A DNA stretch of 64,000 nt from Oligoflexales bacterium (GTDB lineage: Bacteria; Bdellovibrionota_B; Oligoflexia; Oligoflexales; Bog-1112). The DNA is taken from NCBI GenBank assembly GCA_045105515.1, contig JBGCDR010000060.1:46346-110345 (forward strand), given 5' to 3'. Made by a program: the position numbers and the translations under genes. Each line of letters opens with the position of its first letter. Position 1 is the stretch's first letter. A model generated the notes under the pieces. It had not been told where the DNA came from, ran no database searches, and worked only from the letters and a program-made list of their open reading frames with translations. This document shows positions 29,744-40,497 of the stretch, piece after piece.

Positions 29744-31039
29744 TTAGATATATTTGTGCAAAATAATCCTCTCACCAGGTGTAGCAAAGAGTTCTCTATT
29801 TTTGATTAAAGTTTCATTGGCAAAATCACTATCCCTTAGGTTAAGATCAGAAAAACTTGGCCTTAATACGTTAAATTTTCCAGTCTTGAGATTATAATGA
29901 CAGCCGTAGCAGACATCTGGAGCAAGTCTTATAGCACTTTCTCCTCGATGATTGCGAATCATTCCAAATGGACTGAAGACTCCCCTAGCATCAAATGAAG
30001 CAAAATTTAACACCCCAGAGGATGATTGTTCGATCATTTCAGTTTCAATAGCTTCCCCGTTTTCATCCAATGTTTCGGCAATTACCGTAGAATTAAGCCA
30101 GTTACGATAAATACGCCTGGCACTATGTTTAGCAAAACTATTTAAATGAAGCTCACTTCGCCACTGCAGGCTAGTATGGTAATCTCCAATCCTTTTTTTT
30201 AAAGAGTTTAGATCAAAATCCGTTTGAACAAGAATCGGCATGGTAACAGCGAGCCAAGTTTTTAACTTCATCACATTAATACGCTCAACTCCGGGGCTTT
30301 TTTCCTTTACTACTATTTTGTAAGTAATTCCTAGCAAGACTTTCTTAAAACCTTCTTTATCAAGTCCAGGAAGCTGATTTAAAAAAGCTATTTTTGTCCA
30401 ATAATCTGTTAGCTGCAGAACTTGTTCAGCCGATGGTGGCCTACCTGCAAACCTTGAAATCATTCCCGAGAGCTGCTGCTTTATCTGATTCAATCTGTGA
30501 GATGTACCTGGAGATTGTTCTAAAACCTGATGGACTTTGTCAATCGAATCTAAATAACTGCTCTTCAATAATGACACAATCGTTTTCTCATCCATGCTAT
30601 CACTACCAGGAATCCCTATCGTAGCAACAATCTGCCTTCCATATAAGGTTGCAAGGCCCATATGAGTACTTTTTTTTGAACGAGCTTGCTTTAGTGTCTG
30701 CACTGGATAGGGATTTTTTTGGATTAATGGATTAAATTTTCCTGAAATAGGAATTTGCAAAAAATTATCAGCGAAAACCCTATTAAAAACTGGTGCGGAA
30801 GAACAAAATCTTAGAGGATTAGATTCCATTTCTTCATTCCCTTTTAAACTAATGAGCCTGGAAAAATCCATCTGAAAAGCAAAAGGCGAAACCGACAAAA
30901 AGCTCTGTGCTAAGATCGATACAGCAATGAATGTGAATGGAAACATAGCGTTCATTCCCAAAACAGCCTGAGCATATTGAATTTTTACAATTGGCCAATT
31001 AGCCATGAGCATTACAGCATGTTTCAAAAATAAGATCAA
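29744..31039 (-). CDS. Hypothetical exported protein with one CxxCH motif near the C-terminus; start uncertain
   Basis: Hydrophobic signal-like segment (MFPFTFIAVSILAQSFLSVSPFA); CYGCH. Confidence 0.6.
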   Translation of the reverse strand: MILFLKHAVMLMANWPIVKIQYAQAVLGMNAMFPFTFIAVSILAQSFLSVSPFAFQMDFSRLISLKGNEEMESNPLRFCSSAPVFNRVFADNFLQIPISGKFNPLIQKNPYPVQTLKQARSKKSTHMGLATLYGRQIVATIGIPGSDSMDEKTIVSLLKSSYLDSIDKVHQVLEQSPGTSHRLNQIKQQLSGMISRFAGRPPSAEQVLQLTDYWTKIAFLNQLPGLDKEGFKKVLLGITYKIVVKEKSPGVERINVMKLKTWLAVTMPILVQTDFDLNSLKKRIGDYHTSLQWRSELHLNSFAKHSARRIYRNWLNSTVIAETLDENGEAIETEMIEQSSSGVLNFASFDARGVFSPFGMIRNHRGESAIRLAPDVCYGCHYNLKTGKFNVLRPSFSDLNLRDSDFANETLIKNRELFATPGERIILHKYI

Positions 31040-31049
31040 GTTGGCAGAA

Positions 31050-31658
31050 TTAAAACCTCACAGGTGGCACCGCAATCTTTCTAATTTCCTGATCCAATTG
31101 CATTGGGTCTTCATACACCTCAAGAAAATCATCCTGAAACTTGAAAATTTTCAAGTCAGGATTCAGCAGGGTACGCTGCTCATTAAAACCAAAACTTTTA
31201 TTTAAATAATTAAGGGCCAGTGCTAACAATTGTCCATGACCCGAAACTAGAACTTGCTTTCCTGTATGCACGGCAGCGATGTGCTTAAGAGTGGCAAGAA
31301 TACGCTCTTGGGCACTCTTTGAAGACTCACATCCTGGCAATGAAAAGCTGAAATATATCCAAGATTTTCTATGAATTTCCTGATAGTTTTTTTTATTATA
31401 AGAAAGGACTAGCTGTCTTTCCTTTAGCTGATCAAGGCATTGGTAATCTAGCTTATTCTTCTTGCAATAGGGGGCAATGGTTTCAAGGCATCTCAAATAA
31501 GGGCTGGAATATATTTCTGCAAAATTAATTTGAGCCAAGATATCTGCTAGTTTATTAGCCTGCTTATAACCATGCTCTGTTAAATGCCAATCACCAGTTT
31601 TTTTTGATGAGTCATGTAGGCTTTGAGCATGCCTGAGATAGTAAATTAAAGTGCTCAT
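31050..31658 (-). CDS. Histidine phosphatase family protein
   Basis: LRHAQS, YSSPYLRCLET, LKER, GES-like CESS, SGHG. Confidence 0.9.
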   Translation of the reverse strand: MSTLIYYLRHAQSLHDSSKKTGDWHLTEHGYKQANKLADILAQINFAEIYSSPYLRCLETIAPYCKKNKLDYQCLDQLKERQLVLSYNKKNYQEIHRKSWIYFSFSLPGCESSKSAQERILATLKHIAAVHTGKQVLVSGHGQLLALALNYLNKSFGFNEQRTLLNPDLKIFKFQDDFLEVYEDPMQLDQEIRKIAVPPVRF

Positions 31659-31692
31659 ATTTCTGTCTATTCACAAACAAGATTGTATATTT

Positions 31693-32835
31693 TTAGTTTG
31701 GCTTCTTTCTAATAGTAACTCGCTGCTCTCCACAGCGGCCAGTAAGCATATCAAAATTCATCGACCTTATCACTAAAAATCTGCCAATTTGTATGGAAGC
31801 ATTCTCCTTAAGATCAGGGGCCGATAGCTCCAATTCCGTTTGGGTCTTCATATTAATCGAAGTTGAATCCAACTCAAGCAAATGAATTGAATGAGTGCTA
31901 TTCCCAATCTTAAAATCCATATTTTTTCCAAAGCCGAGAAAATGTTCTATAAGGTCTACAGATTGATTATCAAATCCATGAGTGCGAGTGTGAAAAGCTA
32001 AGCCTATATTTCCCCTTAATTCCCGCAGTGGAATGTCGAGTTGCTTATTATAAAATTGTTCCAATACATCGAATGCTTGCTCAAGACCAAGATCATTGGC
32101 CTTATCTAAGCTCCCATTATGATAAAGTCTTTGCCCATCAGCAAAAATGCTGACATGAAATCTCGAAAAATCCTTAAAGACCTGTTGACTTATGAAAAGT
32201 TCTCTGTTGCTTGAACTTGTTGGTATTAGACTGAACTGCTGACGAATAGCTCGTAATTCTGGATCTTCATCGATTAAATATTCTTGAACCATTGGTAAAT
32301 GTTTATAAATCTTAGTCAATTTATCGAAGCTATGTTGCGCATCCAGATGATCAGCATCAAAATTTTTACCATAAATTTGAGCTATACCTTTAAAACTTTT
32401 CTTGTAGAGCCTTTCCAAACTCTGGTGCGAACTCGAAAAACCCGAAAAAAATTGGGAAAATCTATTTTTATATTTTGACTTATTACTAAGCCCCTGTGGT
32501 CCCAACGAAAATAAAAAAGTAGGATTGGAGGTACTCGTGCTGATTCCTTTCAAATCTACAAATATGCTCCCCACAAGAGTAGAACAATAGTTGTAAAATT
32601 CATCATATTTAGTCTCAGCTATGATATATTCACGAAGAATATCATCATATTTTCCATCTATTATTATTGGTTCATCATTTTCGGTTAAGATAGGTTGTGC
32701 AAATCTTTTATAGTCGGAAAAAGAGTTCTTCAAATAACAGAAGATATAGATATCTTTGGAATACCCCTGATAGGCCAATCCTAACTGCAAAAAAAGTAGA
32801 AAATAAATCTGGGTGCATTTTTTTATGAAATTCAT
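31693..32835 (-). CDS. Hypothetical secreted protein
   Basis: Long ORF with signal peptide (MNFIKKCTQIYFLLFLQLGLAYQGYS); no family recognised. Confidence 0.65.
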   Translation of the reverse strand: MNFIKKCTQIYFLLFLQLGLAYQGYSKDIYIFCYLKNSFSDYKRFAQPILTENDEPIIIDGKYDDILREYIIAETKYDEFYNYCSTLVGSIFVDLKGISTSTSNPTFLFSLGPQGLSNKSKYKNRFSQFFSGFSSSHQSLERLYKKSFKGIAQIYGKNFDADHLDAQHSFDKLTKIYKHLPMVQEYLIDEDPELRAIRQQFSLIPTSSSNRELFISQQVFKDFSRFHVSIFADGQRLYHNGSLDKANDLGLEQAFDVLEQFYNKQLDIPLRELRGNIGLAFHTRTHGFDNQSVDLIEHFLGFGKNMDFKIGNSTHSIHLLELDSTSINMKTQTELELSAPDLKENASIQIGRFLVIRSMNFDMLTGRCGEQRVTIRKKPN

Positions 32836-33132
32836 TTTTACTAACCCTTTATTTTTCTGTGAGATCACCTCGCTTGGAGACTGGTATACTCTAAATTGAA
32901 TAGGTTTTCATCAAGTTATCCATAAACTTGTTCCGAGAATAAAAGTCTCAAATATCTGAGCTATGATCGATCAAAAAATTCAAAGAAACCTAAGAATATT
33001 GGTATAATCAGTAACATGATTGGCAGATTTAAAAAGCTACGAATATTGGGGGAATTTATATTATGTTAAGATAGAGCCAGTTAAAATATTCTTAATTTTT
33101 TTTCGCTACTTAATGGCAAAGGATTTGGCAGC

Positions 33133-33807
33133 ATGGTCAGGAGTTATCACCACCTAAATGGGTTAATAGTTTTTGTTATTTTTGCTCTTATTACGGCTTT
33201 AGGCCAAATTATTTCGCCAACGAGTTCACTTATAGCGCAGCAGATAGAAAAAAAAAAAATATCTAAAATCATATTCCTTGGAGATTCTATAACAGCTGGT
33301 TATGGTGTTAATAAATCCCAAGCATATCCTGCTCTCCTCGCAACAAAACTCAAGGATGCAAAGCTTGATTCATATAATATCATCAATGGGGGTATCAGTG
33401 GCTCAACCACTGCCAGTGGGCTATCTCGTCTAAAATGGCAGTTAAAGGGAAAGCCAAAGTTTATAATTATTGCTCTAGGTGCTAATGACGGTTTAAGAGG
33501 AACCAAAGTAGACAAAACTAAAGACAACTTAGAAGAAATTATCAACTTAGCAAAGGAGTCTGATCTAAAGATTCTATTAGCAGGGATGATGATGCCACCA
33601 AATTATGGGAAACAGTATACCAAAGAGTTTGCTAAAATATTTCCAGAACTAGCGGCAAAATATCAAATTCCATTGATGCCTTTCTTACTGAAAGGCGTAG
33701 CAGGTGAGCCCAAGTTAAATCAAAGTGATGGAATCCATCCCAATGAAGCAGGACACAAAGTCATAGCAGAAGAAATGTGGCCATATCTACGTCAACTCTT
33801 AAATTAA
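33133..33807 (+). CDS. tesA: SGNH arylesterase / acyl-CoA thioesterase I
   Basis: GDSITAGYG, NGGISG, LGANDG, PPNYG, DGIHPN; adjacent to ybbA/ybbP-like genes. Confidence 0.9.
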   Translation: MVRSYHHLNGLIVFVIFALITALGQIISPTSSLIAQQIEKKKISKIIFLGDSITAGYGVNKSQAYPALLATKLKDAKLDSYNIINGGISGSTTASGLSRLKWQLKGKPKFIIIALGANDGLRGTKVDKTKDNLEEIINLAKESDLKILLAGMMMPPNYGKQYTKEFAKIFPELAAKYQIPLMPFLLKGVAGEPKLNQSDGIHPNEAGHKVIAEEMWPYLRQLLN

Positions 33808-33836
33808 AAAAAATATAAACATTAAGGACAGTATCA

Positions 33837-34508
33837 ATGAGTTTTTTAAGCTTAAAGCAGGTCAACAAGACATACAAACAGGCAGGACAAACAATCCAAG
33901 TGCTAACTGAGCTCAATTTAGAGGTAAAAAAAGCGGAAACGATTGCAATATTGGGCCAATCTGGCAGCGGCAAGTCTACCCTTCTTTCACTACTTGCTGG
34001 CTTAGACAAGCCTGAAAAAGGACAAATTACAATCAGTGAACAAGCAATCCAAGATATGGATGAGGCGACCTTAAGTAAATTTCGCGGCAAAACCATGGGC
34101 ATCGTTTTTCAGCATTTTCACCTTATGAAGCACCTCACAGCTTTGGAAAACGTAGCCTTGCCACTTAGAATAGCCGCTCATGAAGGCGTAGAGCAAGAAG
34201 CAGAGCAAGCCTTAAAAATGGTAGGCTTAGACCAAAGGCAAGAACACTTCCCTTACCAACTCAGTGGAGGGGAACAACAAAGAGTAGCCATAGCTCGTGC
34301 TTTTGTTGCTAAACCTAAATTAATATTGGCTGACGAACCCAGTGGCAACCTCGATCAAGAAACCGGCACTCAAGTGATGGATATGCTTTTCGATATGATT
34401 AAGGAACAGCAAATGACCCTCATTCTAGTAACCCATAATCCAACATTAGCTGAACAGTGCGATAGAAAGCTTCGCTTAAAATCAGGGAAACTTGAGGAGG
34501 GTATATAA
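33837..34508 (+). CDS. ABC transporter ATP-binding protein (YbbA/LolD-like)
   Basis: [32 protein letters not shown]. Confidence 0.93.
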   Translation: MSFLSLKQVNKTYKQAGQTIQVLTELNLEVKKAETIAILGQSGSGKSTLLSLLAGLDKPEKGQITISEQAIQDMDEATLSKFRGKTMGIVFQHFHLMKHLTALENVALPLRIAAHEGVEQEAEQALKMVGLDQRQEHFPYQLSGGEQQRVAIARAFVAKPKLILADEPSGNLDQETGTQVMDMLFDMIKEQQMTLILVTHNPTLAEQCDRKLRLKSGKLEEGI

Positions 34509-37061
34509 ATGTCAATTTTGCTCACACTAGCTAAACAAGAAATTCTTGGGCACAAAAAATTCTCACTTTTTTTTGTCTTAAATGTTTCATTAGGTCTGAT
34601 AGGTTTTATATCACTTGATGGGTTCAAGAACTCTTTTCGCAACCACCTTAAAGAAAATTCAAAAGAATTATTAACGGCAGATATTTCCGTTTCTACCCGT
34701 AGAATGCTGACTCCTCAAGAGCATGAAATAAGTGAAAAAGTGCTTCCTAAAGGGAGCCTCAAAACAAGCGTTATTAGTCTATATTCCATGGTGGCAAGCA
34801 AGGATTTATCCAGACTTGTGAATATAAAAGTAATCGACCAAGCATTTCCTTTTTACGGGAAAATTAACTTAAAAAATAATGGACTGATTGGTTCGAGCTC
34901 TAAAAAAGAAATATTGAATACTCCCCAGGTTTGGGTCTATCAAGAAATTCTAGACCAGCTAAAACTAAAAATTGGCGACAAACTAAAAATCGGCTCACAA
35001 GAGTTCAAAATTGCCGATGTTATTTTAGATGATGTCGCAGTCAACTTTTCTGGAATATCTTTTGCACCGAAGTTGTATTTAGGACTTCCCTTTGTTGAGC
35101 AAACAAGTTTAGTCCAAAAAGGCAGTACACTATGGAACACTATCTTTTTTAAACTCCCTAAAGATGCCTCATCAGAAGACTATGCTGACCAATTAAATTT
35201 GTCCTTGAATGCCCCTGGTATCAGAGTCAGTTCCCATGAAAACAAAGGAGAAAATACAGGAAGGCTCATATCTTATCTCATGGATTATCTAGGCCTTGTG
35301 GCACTCGCAGGCTTCTTCCTTGCTGCATTAGGGGTGGCATATTTTTACTTCAGCTACTTTGCAAAACGGCTAAAAGATCTGACAATATTATTAACTTTAG
35401 GACTAAGCCCCAAAGAGGTCGCAGGTATTTTCATTCTGCAAATCTGCTTCCTAGGAATATGTGCAGCATGTTTTAGCCTTTTTATCGCCTATTCCTTCAT
35501 CCCCTTATTTCCAAGTTTATTTGCTACCCTATTTGATGCAGCCATCTCACCTAGTATTTCGACACATACGATTCTGCTCAGTTTTTTAATGAGTATTATT
35601 GGAACCTTGTTAATATGCTATCCACTCATCCGTAAAATTCACACACTGAAACCTGCTGTGCTTTTCCAGGAACATGCTAATCTTTCTATTCCTTTCTCTC
35701 CTGCAGATTTTATTAGCTTTCTCCCTGCTTTCCTGTGCTATTGGGGGCTTGCTATTTGGCAGGCCAATTCATGGTTAGTAGGAAGTGCCTTCGCCTTTGG
35801 CTTTGTCGGAGCAGGCTTAGTTTTTACTTTCCTCTACTTAGGAATCGTAAAGCTCATTGGAAACAAGCCAAGCAAAATCAAGAACCTTTCTACAAGCATG
35901 GCTCTCCTATATCTGACTCGAAAGCCATTTCATTCATTAGTCGCTTTTTTAGCAATTTCACTAGGTGTGATGCTATTAAATATAGTCAATCAGACTAAAG
36001 CGAGTCTTCAAGGGGAATTGGAATCTCCGCAAACTGTAGAGCTACCAAGCTTCTTCATGTTCGACATTCAAGATGAACAATTAGCCCCCCTAACTGAGTT
36101 CCTTAATTCGCAAGGAAGCACTCTTGCTAGTCCTTCTCCACTCGTCAGAGCAAGATTAGAAACAATAAACGGCACACCATATACCAAACCTGATTTAGAC
36201 GATGAGCCCATGACTAGAGAGGAAGAGCAAGAGCAAAGAATGAAAAACAGAGGGTTTAACTTATCTTATAGACAAGACCTTAGTTCTTCTGAAAGCATCG
36301 TAAAAGGCAAAAAATTTACTAAGAGAGAAAATCATGATGACCCTGTTGAGATATCGGTTGAAGTGGGTTTTGCACAAAGACTTGGATTAAAAATTGGAGA
36401 TGTGCTTAAATTTGATATTCAAGGAGTAGAAATAGAGGGATCTATCGCAAACTTAAGAAAAGTTAAATGGTCATCTTTCCAGCCAAACTTTTTTATCCAG
36501 TTTCAAGATGGAGTACTTAATGAAGCTCCAAAAACTTGGGTAGCTTCAGTTCCCCAAATCAGTAAAACTGACTTGAAACAACTCCAAGTAGACCTCGTTA
36601 AGGGTTTCCCAAATATATCGATCATAGACGTTGCCAGATTAGTTGAAAAAATCATTGCAATTACAGAAAGAATGGGACTCATTCTAAACTTAATGGCAAT
36701 CCTTTCCTTGATCATCGGCATCACTATCCTTTTTTCTATTTGTCACTACCAGGGCAAGCTCAGACAATGGGATTTAAACTTATTAAAAATACTTGGATCT
36801 TCATTTTGGTTATTGAGACGCAGCTTTTATTTCGAGTTTGGACTTCTATGCCTGATTGCTTCAAGCTTAGGAGCCGTAAGTGCAATTCTTCTTACTTATA
36901 TACTTGCAAGCAACATTTTCGATAACATTTTTACCTTAAACATTTTGACACCCTCAATTAGCGTAGGAGCACTGACTCTCATAGGAATTTTAACCGCACA
37001 TTTTTCAATCAGCAGTGTCATATCGAAGCCTTCAATTTCTCTATTATCAAAAGAAGACTAG
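34509..37061 (+). CDS. ABC transporter permease (YbbP/FtsX-like, duplicated architecture)
   Basis: Two periplasmic plus TM halves; FPFYG, PSFFMFDIQ, W.SFQPNFF. Confidence 0.9.
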   Translation: MSILLTLAKQEILGHKKFSLFFVLNVSLGLIGFISLDGFKNSFRNHLKENSKELLTADISVSTRRMLTPQEHEISEKVLPKGSLKTSVISLYSMVASKDLSRLVNIKVIDQAFPFYGKINLKNNGLIGSSSKKEILNTPQVWVYQEILDQLKLKIGDKLKIGSQEFKIADVILDDVAVNFSGISFAPKLYLGLPFVEQTSLVQKGSTLWNTIFFKLPKDASSEDYADQLNLSLNAPGIRVSSHENKGENTGRLISYLMDYLGLVALAGFFLAALGVAYFYFSYFAKRLKDLTILLTLGLSPKEVAGIFILQICFLGICAACFSLFIAYSFIPLFPSLFATLFDAAISPSISTHTILLSFLMSIIGTLLICYPLIRKIHTLKPAVLFQEHANLSIPFSPADFISFLPAFLCYWGLAIWQANSWLVGSAFAFGFVGAGLVFTFLYLGIVKLIGNKPSKIKNLSTSMALLYLTRKPFHSLVAFLAISLGVMLLNIVNQTKASLQGELESPQTVELPSFFMFDIQDEQLAPLTEFLNSQGSTLASPSPLVRARLETINGTPYTKPDLDDEPMTREEEQEQRMKNRGFNLSYRQDLSSSESIVKGKKFTKRENHDDPVEISVEVGFAQRLGLKIGDVLKFDIQGVEIEGSIANLRKVKWSSFQPNFFIQFQDGVLNEAPKTWVASVPQISKTDLKQLQVDLVKGFPNISIIDVARLVEKIIAITERMGLILNLMAILSLIIGITILFSICHYQGKLRQWDLNLLKILGSSFWLLRRSFYFEFGLLCLIASSLGAVSAILLTYILASNIFDNIFTLNILTPSISVGALTLIGILTAHFSISSVISKPSISLLSKED

Positions 37062-37069
37062 ATAGTGGA

Positions 37070-37444
37070 TCAAGCTTTCCCCTTAAGGGCCTTTTCCACC
37101 ACAGCGCAAAGGTCAGACTGTTTAAATGGTTTCATAATCCAAGCAAATGCACCTTGCTTCATGATCTTGTCAATAAATTCAGGAGTTGGCTCAGTCGTCA
37201 CAAATATTGTCTTTGCATCCGACAACATCCGATAAGCGTTCATAGCTTGAAGCATTTCAAATCCATTCATTTTTGGCATATTAATATCCGCAATAAGGAT
37301 CTGTATATCAGGATGCTCTCTCAATTTTTGAATGCCATCTTCTCCATCCTCAGCAGCAATAACTTCATGACCTGCATTACGAAGTATATTACCCATCATA
37401 TTTCGAACTGTTTTTGAATCATCGACAGCAAGAATTTTTGCCAT
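37070..37444 (-). CDS. Single-domain response regulator (CheY-like)
   Basis: VDDS, DINMPKMNG, VTTE, KPF; GGAG before ATG 37444. Confidence 0.92.
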   Translation of the reverse strand: MAKILAVDDSKTVRNMMGNILRNAGHEVIAAEDGEDGIQKLREHPDIQILIADINMPKMNGFEMLQAMNAYRMLSDAKTIFVTTEPTPEFIDKIMKQGAFAWIMKPFKQSDLCAVVEKALKGKA

Positions 37445-37831
37445 ATTTTCTCCATTTTTTTGTGAAACCCACCCATATCTCGGATAAAAAAATTCCACTC
37501 TCTCCTAGAACACCATCGAATTCAAAAGAAAAAGTTTGGTGAGGTTGAATTCACACTAGACCATGTTCATTATACAAAAGATTTAACAGTTTGCGGAAAT
37601 GAAGAAAAAAAAGCCTGCCATGCATTTAAAGCTTGTGAAAAAATGCTGCAGGAAATTACTAGATCCTTACAAGTCATTGGATTTAATTCTGTTATAAAAT
37701 AAATGATAACATGCACTTACAGCTATTTTAAATTTGACATTCAATCATCAAAATAAATAAATTGACTCACTGTATCGCCAATATGCAGGCCAATGTTTAA
37801 AAAGCAAAAATTGAGCATGAAGGAAAAACCC

Positions 37832-38602
37832 ATGAAAATTTTGAATGAATTTGTCCTAGGAATGCTACTGTTTTTGGTAAACTCTTATGTTTTTGCTGGA
37901 GGCAATCTCCCTCTTCCTGATTTAGAATTCTTTGAAAATGGAATCAAACCTGCCGATAAACTAGTGATGGATGGCCCGTCGCAATCAGAGCTAGAGTTTT
38001 CACATGAAGGACTGAAAGTGATGGATTTTCTAGCAAGAGGAGGTATTGAGGGTAAGAACTATCGTCGTAGTCGTAATATAACCTTTTCCGTCGGAACAGT
38101 AAGCACAGTAGGTGCTATAGCAACTGCCCCTACTATTGTAGGGCCACTAATTTTTTTAATGCTAGGAGGCAGTGGAACAGTTTTGGCGGGCGCAAACACC
38201 CTTGACGAAAAAATGTTAGCTCGCCCTCATTACAATCTTGGCCGCCTTATTAAAGCGTCTTATGTCCACCTTGGTTGGTCGACGCCAGACGGAAAAAAGC
38301 TTCAAAAACATGATACTAGAATTCGTGAGTATATTAACAAATACCTAGAGGAACCAGCTGATGAAAAATGTGTAGACTTCGTAGCTAGGTCAGTGGTGTT
38401 TGCCAATGAGAAAGGCTGGTTTGGATTTATGGTTAAAACAAAAAAATCTAGCAATCATCAAAAAGAAAAGCTGGTATTCGTCACAGGCAGCGTTACCGGA
38501 CGCAAAAATATTCGCGAAGTTCTTTTTCCAAATAATCGCTTAAGCAATCTTATCCACCGTGATTCTAGTGTTGGCGATAAAGTAGCTAGTTATCAACAGT
38601 AA
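37832..38602 (+). CDS. Hypothetical secreted protein with an internal hydrophobic hairpin
   Basis: Signal peptide ending VFA; long uncharged G/A/T/V-rich segment; AAGGA before ATG 37832. Confidence 0.65.
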   Translation: MKILNEFVLGMLLFLVNSYVFAGGNLPLPDLEFFENGIKPADKLVMDGPSQSELEFSHEGLKVMDFLARGGIEGKNYRRSRNITFSVGTVSTVGAIATAPTIVGPLIFLMLGGSGTVLAGANTLDEKMLARPHYNLGRLIKASYVHLGWSTPDGKKLQKHDTRIREYINKYLEEPADEKCVDFVARSVVFANEKGWFGFMVKTKKSSNHQKEKLVFVTGSVTGRKNIREVLFPNNRLSNLIHRDSSVGDKVASYQQ

Positions 38603-38756
38603 AAATTTTAGATTTTTTCCGTCATTATATATAGTTCTATATTTTCGACCAGTTTCCGCGATACCCACTTGCTTCCAAAGAGTATGCAATCATTGTTAAA
38701 TAGAAAACAGGTCTTTTCTAAGTCATAAAGTTTCCAGCTGCAAATAAGGAGCAACT

Positions 38757-39821
38757 ATGATTGTACAATGTGGAACTTGTCAACGAACATACGAAAATGA
38801 AAAAGACCTATTAAGTGGCACATCATGCTTTAAAATCTGTAGCGAAGAAAATCTGTGGTTTGAATGCTCCTGCAACTCATGCATTATGATTCCCAAGGGA
38901 AAGCATGATTGGTATTCTCCAAGCCTTCATCTCAGCGAAAGTAGTGCAAATATTTTCAAGCAGGTTTCGCAATTAAAAAACCTTCCTCGTGTGTCTTCTA
39001 ATACCATGAAAATTCAGCAGGTCCTAAACAAGTCTGATGTAGACTCATCAACAGTTGAGCGAGCTATAAAAATGGTGCCTCCAATTGCATTAAATGTGGT
39101 TGATATTGCTAATAGTATGTCACCGGGATCTAGCATCACCAGCCTACAACATGCCATCACTTATGTAGGGCATACGAAAATTAAGGAGCTGGTGTATATG
39201 GCCGGAGTAAAAGCAAATATATTCCAGACCAAAGCCTTCAACAAGGATGAATTTTGGCAAGAAGCTTCAATAGCTGGCATAGTTGCAGAACACCTGGCAA
39301 AAAAACTAGTACCAAATGATAAAGAACTGCCTGACAAAGCTTACTTCGCGGCTAGTATGGCAAATATTGGTAAAGTCGTCAGTGCCATCTTATTTCCAGA
39401 AGTTACCGATCAAATATACCTTAAATCTCGCGATCCAAAGTGCAAAGATTGCTGGAGTGACCTAGAAAAAGAGTTTGGGGCTTACAGCCATGCACTCTTA
39501 GGTGAGATTGCTGGAGTAACCTGGGGCCTACCTGCCTACGCTTTACGTTCTATTCGCTTTCACAATGAAAGCCCAGAAAACTACCGCCATGAAGTTGTCA
39601 GCGGAGGATTCATGTTCGATTCTGAAGCAGATTCCCTCCCTTCTGAGGATGCCATCTCATTGCACGACATTGTTTGTATTGCGCTTCCATACAGCCACTG
39701 GGTACTACTAGAACCCCATCGTATTAACCAAGTGAATTTTGATAAATTTCTTGAAAAAGTCAAAATTGATAATCAGCAAAAGGATGCAATTGGTGATGAG
39801 CTTTGTAATTTGTACTCCTGA
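38757..39821 (+). CDS. HDOD-domain protein with an N-terminal Cys-rich module
   Basis: CGTC...C...CSC; LPRVS, IANS, SLQHAITYVG, FWQEA, NIGKV, HALLG...WGLP...IRFH. Confidence 0.85.
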   Translation: MIVQCGTCQRTYENEKDLLSGTSCFKICSEENLWFECSCNSCIMIPKGKHDWYSPSLHLSESSANIFKQVSQLKNLPRVSSNTMKIQQVLNKSDVDSSTVERAIKMVPPIALNVVDIANSMSPGSSITSLQHAITYVGHTKIKELVYMAGVKANIFQTKAFNKDEFWQEASIAGIVAEHLAKKLVPNDKELPDKAYFAASMANIGKVVSAILFPEVTDQIYLKSRDPKCKDCWSDLEKEFGAYSHALLGEIAGVTWGLPAYALRSIRFHNESPENYRHEVVSGGFMFDSEADSLPSEDAISLHDIVCIALPYSHWVLLEPHRINQVNFDKFLEKVKIDNQQKDAIGDELCNLYS

Positions 39822-39836
39822 ATATTTCTTCACACT

Positions 39837-40466
39837 TTACATAGTGCCAAATAGCCTATCGCCGGCATCACCAATACCAGGAACTATATATTTTTTCTCA
39901 TTTAAACCTTGATCTATTGCGGCAGTAAAAACGGCGACATCAGGGTGGTAAGTATGAAAATACTCTATCCCCTCTGGTGCTGAGAGCAAGCAAACAAACT
40001 TAATTGTTTTAGGCCCGACTTCTTTTATGCGATTCACTGCAGCCACAGCAGATTTTCCCGTGGCAAGCATTGGGTCAACCACCAATACATCACGAGAAGA
40101 GATATCTTCAGGAACTTTGAAATAGTATTCAATAATATTGCTGGCATGAGCATCTCGATATAAACCAATATGACCCACCCTCGCTGTGGGCATCAACTGT
40201 AGCATCCCATCCACGATACCTTGACCTGCGCGCAAGATAGAAATCAATGCCATCTTCTTTTTTGCAAGAACCGGAGCTTCCATTGGGGATATGGGAGTTT
40301 CTATTTTTTCAGTACATAGAGCCATATCACGGCTAACCTCATAGCCAAGAAGCATGGAAATTTCTCGCATCAAGGTTCGAAATTTACCAGTACTAGTATT
40401 TTTTTTACGCATTAATGTCAGTTTATGCTGAATCAAGGGATGCTTTATCTCGTTTACCTGAGTCAT
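39837..40466 (-). CDS. upp: Uracil phosphoribosyltransferase
   Basis: [50 protein letters not shown] before ATG 40466. Confidence 0.97.
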   Translation of the reverse strand: MTQVNEIKHPLIQHKLTLMRKKNTSTGKFRTLMREISMLLGYEVSRDMALCTEKIETPISPMEAPVLAKKKMALISILRAGQGIVDGMLQLMPTARVGHIGLYRDAHASNIIEYYFKVPEDISSRDVLVVDPMLATGKSAVAAVNRIKEVGPKTIKFVCLLSAPEGIEYFHTYHPDVAVFTAAIDQGLNEKKYIVPGIGDAGDRLFGTM

Positions 40467-40497
40467 TAGACCTCCAAAAGATTTAATAAGGACATCA

